Below are positions 55,306 through 62,344 of a stretch of 62,344 nucleotides of DNA, in pieces. The DNA is taken from NCBI GenBank assembly GCA_947589495.1, contig CANQAK010000004.1, positions 1 through 62,344 on the forward strand, written 5' to 3'. The DNA comes from an uncultured Bacilli bacterium. GTDB taxonomy: Bacteria; Bacillota_I; Bacilli_A; RF39; UBA660. The translations under genes were made by a program, and so were the position numbers. The stretch's first letter is position 1, and every line of letters begins with the position of its first letter. The notes under the pieces were generated by a model. That model was not told where the DNA came from and did no database searches. It was given only the letters and a program-made list of their open reading frames with translations.

Positions 55306-56559
55306 TTATTGAACTTTTTCATAAACTGCAATATATTTATAGGCAATACCAGTTTCTCCATTTAACGTGATGTTTTTTCGATCAGAAATTATTTCCCATT
55401 GTTTAAATTTATAACCAGATTTTGCTTCAGGTGCTTTCATTGTATATTCTTTAATACTAGCTCTTTTAGCATAAAGAACATTACCTTTTAATTGATTTGT
55501 ACTAGAATCAAGGAAACCAACACACTCATTTAAATCACATGAGAATTCTGCAAACCAAATACAACCTGAACCAGATTCACCACATCTAGATGTTGTATAA
55601 TAATTATTATGATCATAAAGACGTACTGTTATTGGATTTAAAGTACTATAAAAATGAAATTCTACCTCATGTTTTTCTTCTTCTGGATAATGACCATATT
55701 TTTCTTTATAAGCTTCTTCGTATTGTTCACGATCTAATTTTTCTCCTTTTGCTGCTGCTTCTAACACATTTTTAAGTTGTTCATCAGTAAGCGTTCTATT
55801 TTCATTAGTCTCAGAATTTTTTGCTGCAGTATTATTGTTATTATTTTCAGTAGTAGTTTTAGTTTCATTAGTTGTAGTTTGAGTTGTTGTTTGTTTAGTT
55901 CCTGTTTTAGTTTTTGTTTCTTGTTTTACTTCAGTTTGAGTTTTTTGTACTTCTGAAGGAGTATTTTGATTTTGCTCTTCAACTTCTTGGCTTTTTCTTA
56001 ATTCTTCTTCTAAAGTTTTTTTATTCTCTTCTGCTTTTTGAACTCTTTGTTCAGCTGCTTTTTTAGTTTCTTGGGCATCAGCAATGGCTTTTTCAGCTCT
56101 TTGAACTTTATCATTAGCATCTTTTTTAGTTGCTTCTGCTTTATTCACAGCTTCTTCAGCAGCTTTAACTTTTTCTAAAGCAGCATCTCTTTCTTCTTTT
56201 GTTTTAGCATTTTTAACTTCAGCTTCAGCCAACTTTTTAGCTTCTTTAGCTTTTGTTACTGCTTCTTCTGCTGCAACAACTTCTTTTTGAGCTGTTTCTT
56301 TAGCTTCTGTTGCCTTTTCTACTTCTTTATTTGCTTCATCAAGTACTTCTTTAGATTCATTAACTTCATTTTCTGCTTCAACTAATACATTAGGATTTTT
56401 TGCTTCTAAACTTTCATTTTCTATAAAAGTTATTTTTCCATCATTACTTTCTTCCAATGAATTATTGAAACTAACTGCAATAACACCAGCAGTTACTGCT
56501 GTAACAGCTCCAAAACTTAAAAGTATACCTTTTATTGCACTAAATGATAACATTTTCAT
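55306..56559 (-). CDS. signal-anchored surface protein with Lys/Ala/Glu coiled-coil region and Cys-containing C-terminal domain
   Basis: 417 aa. It has KAEEAV/KKAAE heptad-like repeats, a T/N/Q-rich linker and a C-terminal domain with a GYKFKQW motif (like the Listeria-Bacteroides repeat). Confidence 0.6.
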   Translation of the reverse strand: MKMLSFSAIKGILLSFGAVTAVTAGVIAVSFNNSLEESNDGKITFIENESLEAKNPNVLVEAENEVNESKEVLDEANKEVEKATEAKETAQKEVVAAEEAVTKAKEAKKLAEAEVKNAKTKEERDAALEKVKAAEEAVNKAEATKKDANDKVQRAEKAIADAQETKKAAEQRVQKAEENKKTLEEELRKSQEVEEQNQNTPSEVQKTQTEVKQETKTKTGTKQTTTQTTTNETKTTTENNNNNTAAKNSETNENRTLTDEQLKNVLEAAAKGEKLDREQYEEAYKEKYGHYPEEEKHEVEFHFYSTLNPITVRLYDHNNYYTTSRCGESGSGCIWFAEFSCDLNECVGFLDSSTNQLKGNVLYAKRASIKEYTMKAPEAKSGYKFKQWEIISDRKNITLNGETGIAYKYIAVYEKVQ

Positions 56560-56716
56560 AAAACATCAACTTCCTTTCAAATTGCTTTTTATATGCATTA
56601 TTATATATTATTATATGAATAATGTAAAGGTTCATCTAACTCAATTAACCTGGAAAAATATAACATTAAATTTTATTCTCGATATGTCTTTAACCATGAT
56701 CACTATGGGATAATTT

Positions 56717-57448
56717 TTAGTTACTTAAAAATCCACTATTGGTTTGAAATTCATTTCCATAAAATTCTGGTACTCTACCATTTACTACTAAAGATGCTAT
56801 TAAAATATCATAATTTAATTTTTTATTTTCTTTTTCCATCGGAGTTATAATTAATTTTTGCATTTCAACGGTAATATATATTTCTAATAAAGCATTATTA
56901 AATCCATAATCTGTAACTTTAGTTTTTATATTTGTTAAAATTGTATTACTTAATTTAATTACTACTGGTATTTTAGGTCCCAAATTATTTAAAAAAATAT
57001 TTTTACTATTAATAAATAATGGAATATTTAAAACTAAACCATTATTTCCTTCTTTTAAATAAAAATCTTCAGAATCAATTGTTATTTTACCATTTTCTAA
57101 ATTTTCAATTCCATCTTCTAATATTTTAGTAACATTTGTTAATATTTCATAAGTTTTTTCTAAATTATAATTTACAGATAAAATTTCATTATTATTATTT
57201 TTATTTATTTCAAGTAAATTATTAACACTTTTATTATTAATTACATCATCAGTAATTAATTCATTAAAAAATTCATAAATAATTTTATCTATTTTATCAT
57301 TAACTAAAATACTAACACTTTTATTTATTTTATGAGCATAGATATTAAAAAGAATAATAGCACAAATAAATATACAAAAAAATACAATAATCATTTTTTT
57401 AGCTATTGTATTTTTATTATTTATTTTATGAGATTTAAATCTTTTCAT
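56717..57448 (-). CDS. sporulation protein YunB-like
   Basis: 243 aa with an N-terminal TM helix. The overall layout and the C-terminal VVNGRVPEFY resemble YunB as I remember it. Confidence 0.5.
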   Translation of the reverse strand: MKRFKSHKINNKNTIAKKMIIVFFCIFICAIILFNIYAHKINKSVSILVNDKIDKIIYEFFNELITDDVINNKSVNNLLEINKNNNNEILSVNYNLEKTYEILTNVTKILEDGIENLENGKITIDSEDFYLKEGNNGLVLNIPLFINSKNIFLNNLGPKIPVVIKLSNTILTNIKTKVTDYGFNNALLEIYITVEMQKLIITPMEKENKKLNYDILIASLVVNGRVPEFYGNEFQTNSGFLSN

Positions 57449-57456
57449 ATTAAATA

Positions 57457-58251
57457 TTATGAAAGAATGAATGTTTTAATAAGTAATATTATTCCAATTA
57501 CAAAAATCAAAATAACTATTCCAATAATAACTTTTATAAACACATTATTTGTTTCAATACTTTTAGAAAAATCTTCAATATCTTCAAAATCATCTTCATT
57601 TAATGCATTTGAAGATGTATAAAATGAGTTTATCATTTTAGTACTAGTTAAATCTTCTTTTTCTTCTTCTATTTTATTAACATCTTCTGTTTCTTCTTTT
57701 AAACCTTCTAAAACTTCAGTATTATCACTACCTTTTAATTCACTTAATATATCTAAAGAATCATTTTGAGAATTTTTTTCATTTAAAGCAATTGTATTTA
57801 TTAAAGTTTTTAGATTTTCTTCAGCATCACACTCATCATCATCTAAATTATTTTTATTTAAATTTAAATTATTTAATATATCATATTGGGTATCTCTTAA
57901 TTTTTTAAATCTTTCTTCTTCATAATTATCTGATTTCTTTTCGCGAGCTTTTTCTAAAATAACATTAATATCATATTCTTTAGTATCTTCTTGTTCTACT
58001 TTTTCTTCTTCAACATCCTCTATTCTGATACTTTTTCTTTTAGGTAAACTGTTATATTTAGTATCTAAAATCTTTTTTATTTTTTCAACATCAATTTCTT
58101 TTTCATTTTCTCCTAAAATAGTTGTATTACTTTTTACTTCAAAATTATTCAATTCACTTTTACTAATTTCTTTGTACAAGTCTTCATTTCTACTATATCT
58201 TGTACTAATTAATTCATCTTCATTATAATATTTATTCATGCGTGAACTCAT
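57457..58251 (-). CDS. acidic protein with C-terminal membrane anchor, function unknown
   Basis: 264 aa, rich in E/D/N. The C-terminal TM helix is VFIKVIIGIVILIFVIGIILLI. Confidence 0.5.
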   Translation of the reverse strand: MSSRMNKYYNEDELISTRYSRNEDLYKEISKSELNNFEVKSNTTILGENEKEIDVEKIKKILDTKYNSLPKRKSIRIEDVEEEKVEQEDTKEYDINVILEKAREKKSDNYEEERFKKLRDTQYDILNNLNLNKNNLDDDECDAEENLKTLINTIALNEKNSQNDSLDILSELKGSDNTEVLEGLKEETEDVNKIEEEKEDLTSTKMINSFYTSSNALNEDDFEDIEDFSKSIETNNVFIKVIIGIVILIFVIGIILLIKTFILS

Positions 58252-58405
58252 AGTAACACCTCTAGCATAATAATAACATAAATACTATTAATTTTAAATC
58301 CATAATTTTACAAAGTATGACAATAAAGATGTTTTTTAGACAAATAACTTAATAAAAATTGCATTTAACTTTTTTTTCTAATATAATTAAAAAGGAGGTT
58401 ATGAT

Positions 58406-58669
58406 ATGAAGAAATTATTTGTTAATAAAGAAGCTTGTATAGGATGTGGTTCATGTATTGCCATAGACTCTGAACATTTTGATTTTGATGATGATGGATT
58501 ATCAATGGTAATTAGTCAAGAAAATATTGAAAGTGATAATGCTAAAAACGCTATGTCTTCTTGTCCTACTAATGCAATTAGTTATTCAGAAGATGAAAAT
58601 GATGAAAAAGAAGAATGTTGTGAACATTGTCAAAACAAATGTGATTGTAAAAATTCTGAAAATGAATAA
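58406..58669 (+). CDS. ferredoxin
   Basis: 87 aa with CIGCGSC...C, an acidic tail and a good AGGAGG RBS. A terminator hairpin actgc/gcagt follows at about 58671..58695. Confidence 0.75.
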   Translation: MKKLFVNKEACIGCGSCIAIDSEHFDFDDDGLSMVISQENIESDNAKNAMSSCPTNAISYSEDENDEKEECCEHCQNKCDCKNSENE

Positions 58670-58688
58670 AACTGCTAAAATGCAGTTT

Positions 58689-59402
58689 TTATTTTAAATT
58701 ATATAATTCTTTTACTTCTTCTTTACTAATAGGTCTATATTCTCCACTTTTTAAATCATCTACAGTTAAAAAAGAAAATTTAGTTCTTGTTAACTTTAAA
58801 ACATCATAACCTAAAACTTCAAATAATTTTTTAATAATATGATTTCTTCCTTCATGAATTGTTACTTCTACTAAAGAAGTATTTTTTAATTTATCTATTT
58901 TTCTAACCTTTACATAATCTATAATTAGTTTTCGATCATCAATAATTATTCCTTTTCTTAATTTTTTAAAATCTACTTCATTTAATAGGCCATTAATTTT
59001 AGCTACATATGTTTTATAAATTTTATGTTTAGGATGCATTAAAATATTTGCTAAATTTCCATCATTAGTTAAAATTATGGCCCCAGTAGTATTATAATCA
59101 AGTCTTCCTACTGGATAAATTCTTGCTTTAGTTTTAATCAAACTTACTACTGTTTTTCTATTTTTATCATCTGTAACACTACAAATAACTTCTCTTGGTT
59201 TATTTAAAAGATAATATTCTTTAACTTCATTTTTTGAAATAATTTCATCATCAACTGTAATTACATCATTACTACTTACTTTAAAACCTAAAGTATTTAC
59301 TACTTCTCCATTAACTTTAACACGATTATTTATAATTAACTCTTCGGCTTTTCTTCGTGAAGTATAACCACTATTTGCAATTACTTTTTGAAGTCTTTCC
59401 AT
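58689..59402 (-). CDS. rluB: 23S rRNA pseudouridine synthase (RluB/RsuA family)
   Basis: It has an S4 domain (MERLQKVIANSGYTSRRKAEELI) and the catalytic GRLDYNTTG. Confidence 0.8.
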   Translation of the reverse strand: MERLQKVIANSGYTSRRKAEELIINNRVKVNGEVVNTLGFKVSSNDVITVDDEIISKNEVKEYYLLNKPREVICSVTDDKNRKTVVSLIKTKARIYPVGRLDYNTTGAIILTNDGNLANILMHPKHKIYKTYVAKINGLLNEVDFKKLRKGIIIDDRKLIIDYVKVRKIDKLKNTSLVEVTIHEGRNHIIKKLFEVLGYDVLKLTRTKFSFLTVDDLKSGEYRPISKEEVKELYNLK

Positions 59403-59435
59403 AATATCACCAACAAAAATAGTATAGCAAATTAA

Positions 59436-59957
59436 TTAAGAAAAGAAAAGATTTGTTAAAACTACAGCAGCAGTAATACCAATAAAATCTGCAAATAAAC
59501 CTACCCATAAAGCATGTTTAATTTTAGTTATTTTTATACTTCCAAAATAAAGAGCTATAACATAAATAGTGGTATCAGTACATCCTTGTAATATTGATGC
59601 TAATCTTCCAATAAATGAATCTGGACCAAAACTTTTAAAAATATCGTTCATTATAGCTAAAGAGGCTGTACCTGATACAGGCCTTAATAAGGCCATGGGA
59701 ATTATTTCTACTGGTACACTTATATTTCCAATAAAAGGAGATATTAGTTTAAGAAAAAAATTTAAAACATGACTATCTAAAAAAATATTTATTGCAAAAA
59801 TCATAGCAATTATAGCAGGAAAAATACTAAAAGTTGTCATTAAACCTTCTTTAGCACCTTCTAAAAAAGTATCATAAACATTAATTTTTTTCTTTACTCC
59901 ATAAAAAACTATAACAATTATAAAAATAGGTAAAATTATTTTAGATATTATTTCCAT
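59436..59957 (-). CDS. spmB: spore maturation protein B
   Basis: 173 aa membrane protein. It is the last gene of the conserved dacB-spmA-spmB arrangement. Confidence 0.75.
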   Translation of the reverse strand: MEIISKIILPIFIIVIVFYGVKKKINVYDTFLEGAKEGLMTTFSIFPAIIAMIFAINIFLDSHVLNFFLKLISPFIGNISVPVEIIPMALLRPVSGTASLAIMNDIFKSFGPDSFIGRLASILQGCTDTTIYVIALYFGSIKITKIKHALWVGLFADFIGITAAVVLTNLFFS

Positions 59958-60535
59958 TCTTTATTTCTCTTTCTAATGAAGTAATCAAGAGTAATACCTG
60001 CTATAGAAGAACATAAAGTAGCAATTATTGCTGGTAATATTATTTCACCTGGAGAATTTGAATTATAAGCTACTCTTAAAGCTAATATTGTTGTAGGTAT
60101 TAATGTTACTCCTGCTGTATTCAAAATTAAAAAAGTAATCATAGAAGAACTTGCTGTATCTTTTTTGGGATTAATTTTTTGTAGTTCATTCATTGCTTTT
60201 AAACCTGCTGGAGTTGCAGCACTTCCAAGACCTAACATATTTGCAGCAATATTTGAAGAAATATAACCTAATGCTTTATTATCTTTAGGAATACTTGGAA
60301 ATAATTTATGAAGTATAGGACTAAGTAAATGAGCAAATTTGTTTAAAAGGCCACTATCTTCTGCAATTTTTAATATGCCAGTCCAAAGAACAATAACAGG
60401 TAATAAATCTAAAATTAAATCAAGTGCTTCATTTGCATTAGTTAAAATACTATTATTGATAACATTAATATTACCACTTAAAAGAGAATAAATGATACCA
60501 CTTCCAATAAGAAATGCCCATATATACCCTACCAT
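59948..60535 (-). CDS. spmA: spore maturation protein A
   Basis: 195 aa membrane protein related to nucleoside-recognition/Gate domains. It lies between dacB and spmB. Confidence 0.75.
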   Translation of the reverse strand: MVGYIWAFLIGSGIIYSLLSGNINVINNSILTNANEALDLILDLLPVIVLWTGILKIAEDSGLLNKFAHLLSPILHKLFPSIPKDNKALGYISSNIAANMLGLGSAATPAGLKAMNELQKINPKKDTASSSMITFLILNTAGVTLIPTTILALRVAYNSNSPGEIILPAIIATLCSSIAGITLDYFIRKRNKEWK

Positions 60536-61620
60536 TTAAATAACCAACCTTTAAATTTTTCCCACCAACTCATTTTTTCTTTTTCTTCTATTTTTTTAAT
60601 ATAAATTGGTTCTTTATGATAAATTGTATCATCTAATATTACTTCTACATATCCAACTATATCATCATCATTATAATTTTCTAATTTCATTAAATTAACA
60701 TTTAAATTAATTTTTTTATATTCTTCTTTATTAAGTGTCATATTAAAATTATGTTTTACAAATAATTTTGCATCGTTATAATAATCATCATTTTTAACTT
60801 TAAATTTATTTTTATTTATTAATTCATAACTTTTATAATTAGAAAAAATATCATTATATAATGTACGATGATCTTCCCAGTCATTTGGATCATTCAAAGT
60901 TACAACAACTAAATTCATATTATTTTTGCTACCTGTAGAAACAAGAGTACGACGAGCAAGTTCAGTAAATCCTGTTTTTCCCCCAGTAATATAATCTTCG
61001 TTTAACAATTTATTTTTATTGTGCCATACATAAGTTTTATTACTTGTTTTAGCAGTGTAATCTTTAGTTTTAAATATTTCTCTAAATGTACTATTTTCCA
61101 TTGCATACTTAGTTAATTTTGCCATATCTAGTACTGTAGATGTATTAGCATCTCCATTATTTTCTTCTAAACCATGAGGGTTATAAAATGTAGTATGTGT
61201 CATATCTAAATTAGTTGCATATTCATTCATTAAATAAACAAATTCTTCTTTACTACCACTTATAGCTTGAGCAATCATTAAAGCTGCATCATTACCACTT
61301 CGAAGCATTAAACCATATAATAAATCTCTTAAAGTTATTTTTTCTCCTACTTCGATGTATATTGCACTTCCATAAGCTTTATATATAATATCAGTTACTG
61401 TAATTTTTTCATCTAAATTACCTTTTTCAATTGCTATTAGTGCTGTCATTATTTTGGTTGTACTTGCAATTAATCTTTCTTTATCTAAATTGTAACCATA
61501 TAATACTCTTCCAGTATCTAAATCCATTGTAATTGCACTTGATGCACTAATTCCTAAAACTTTTAAAGGTAATATAAGTAAAATCAATAATAGTAACCAA
61601 TTCTTTTTCAATTCTTTCAC
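60529..61620 (-). CDS. dacB: D-alanyl-D-alanine carboxypeptidase (sporulation-type PBP5*)
   Basis: It has a signal peptide and the motifs SxxK (ASTTKIMT), SGN and KTG (GGKTGFT). It lies upstream of spmAB. Confidence 0.8.
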   Translation of the reverse strand: MKELKKNWLLLLILLILPLKVLGISASSAITMDLDTGRVLYGYNLDKERLIASTTKIMTALIAIEKGNLDEKITVTDIIYKAYGSAIYIEVGEKITLRDLLYGLMLRSGNDAALMIAQAISGSKEEFVYLMNEYATNLDMTHTTFYNPHGLEENNGDANTSTVLDMAKLTKYAMENSTFREIFKTKDYTAKTSNKTYVWHNKNKLLNEDYITGGKTGFTELARRTLVSTGSKNNMNLVVVTLNDPNDWEDHRTLYNDIFSNYKSYELINKNKFKVKNDDYYNDAKLFVKHNFNMTLNKEEYKKINLNVNLMKLENYNDDDIVGYVEVILDDTIYHKEPIYIKKIEEKEKMSWWEKFKGWLFKW

Positions 61621-61670
61621 CTAAGAAATTATATGAATAACAAATGAAAAAATGTTAAAACAATTAAAAA

Positions 61671-61730
61671 GGGAGGTCGTTACTTCTCCCAGGGTTAAGT
61701 TAAGTCTATTTTAACGTCTTCGTTGACGAG
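61671..61730. repeat. structured ~60-nt 3' element, copy 3 (directly downstream of the truncated paralogue)
   Basis: It differs from copy 2 (37379..37438) at a single position. A minus-strand GGGAG..CTCCC hairpin plus U-run forms a terminator. Confidence 0.8.
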
Positions 61731-61741
61731 TTTTTTATTTG

Positions 61742-62305
61742 TTATGAAACTATGTAGAATGGATCATCTATCGTTCCTGAACCTTTTAATCCTATATTTT
61801 TCTTCAAGTAAAATACCGGGCGAATTGCCAACTTAGCGTTCTGATTGGAGGTGAAGAGATCGCCACTAGAAGATACAACCCATGAATAGTATTTATCACT
61901 GTTACTATTCATTGGGCCTGTCCGCGTCATCATCCATTCACTCTCTGAACCTCCATTTTTTGTTATATGCATCCAACTTCCTTTACATGTTATTTCATAA
62001 TCTGTTCTACAACTTGTATTATGTCCTTCTTTGCTTCCTGAATATGCATAATCATGTATATACATTAATGCTATCTTTGATTGTTTACCTTTCGTCCATG
62101 TTTCGTTTGTAATTAATTCTCCACTTGCATTATAATATTGTGTTGTTGTTTTCCCTGTTTCTATCTTATATGCTTCTTCTGTGGTTATATTTTCATTTTG
62201 TACTAAATTCCACCCTACATCCCCATAAATATAATTCCATTCTTCTATTTTTCTTTGTATTCCACTATTGTTAATGGTACTATAAAAATGTAAGAAAAAG
62301 TCCAA
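61742..62305 (-). CDS. 5'-truncated member of the variable surface protein family (C-terminal module only; possible pseudogene or silent cassette)
   Basis: 187 aa counted from a TTG. An in-frame stop lies at 62324..62326 just upstream. Homology starts at the ...IQRKIEEWNYIYGD motif, so the signal anchor, N-domain and first half of the module are missing. The window ends at 62344, so upstream context is unseen. Confidence 0.55.
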   Translation of the reverse strand: MDFFLHFYSTINNSGIQRKIEEWNYIYGDVGWNLVQNENITTEEAYKIETGKTTTQYYNASGELITNETWTKGKQSKIALMYIHDYAYSGSKEGHNTSCRTDYEITCKGSWMHITKNGGSESEWMMTRTGPMNSNSDKYYSWVVSSSGDLFTSNQNAKLAIRPVFYLKKNIGLKGSGTIDDPFYIVS

Positions 62306-62344
62306 ATAAAACTGTAGGATTTCCTACATAATTAAAAGGACTTA

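Noticed and set aside
56465-56713. 82-aa plus-strand ORF.
   Set aside because: It overlaps the 5' end of the 55306..56559 gene in antisense and the intergenic region. It has no RBS and no recognisable features.

Overview
This is a very AT-rich chromosomal segment, about a quarter G+C by eye. It comes from an endospore-forming Firmicute: spoVIF-like, ylbD/ylbE-like and yunB-like genes and dacB-spmA-spmB are present, and the standard genetic code is used. Most genes lie on the minus strand.

Content from left to right:
- parE-parC.
- A ~20 kb cell-wall glycopolymer locus. It holds TagO/WecA, a TagA-type GT26 fused to an O-antigen-ligase-like membrane domain, MnaA, the TagG/TagH ABC exporter, several GT2/GT4 enzymes and GalE. 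It also holds a complete GDP-D-glycero-alpha-D-manno-heptose pathway with a fused HddC-GmhB, and a DPPRT-like UbiA enzyme with GtrA and a GT-C-like membrane protein.
- A cadherin-like surface protein and an SH3b-glucosaminidase carrying a dockerin.
- Housekeeping genes: uppP, tyrS with a T-box leader, a YebC-family gene, typA, tRNA-Glu, an ABC importer, ferredoxin and rluB.
- A 977-aa Asp/Asn/Cys repeat protein.

The most unusual content is a multi-copy family of membrane-anchored surface proteins. It comprises a tandem pair at 31.3-34.3 kb, an internally duplicated gene at 37.5-39.6 kb and a 5'-truncated copy at 61.7-62.3 kb. Together these look like a contingency (phase and antigenic variation) locus, for four reasons:
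1. The tandem copies have a poly(G) tract inside the -35/-10 promoter spacer, 8 nt in one copy and 9 nt in the other.
2. Every copy of the C-terminal domain contains a hypervariable ~100-nt segment. It is about 45-50% G+C with adenine-poor codons on the coding strand.
3. The ~0.5 kb non-coding spacers are better conserved than the genes. They carry a 34-codon hydrophobic ORF with a convergent antisense promoter, an architecture like a type I toxin-antitoxin.
4. A conserved structured 3' element, a deletion scar and a promoterless truncated copy suggest ongoing recombination.

I saw no reverse transcriptase, integrase, transposase, CRISPR array or rRNA. The mechanism behind the hypervariable segments therefore cannot be settled from this window.
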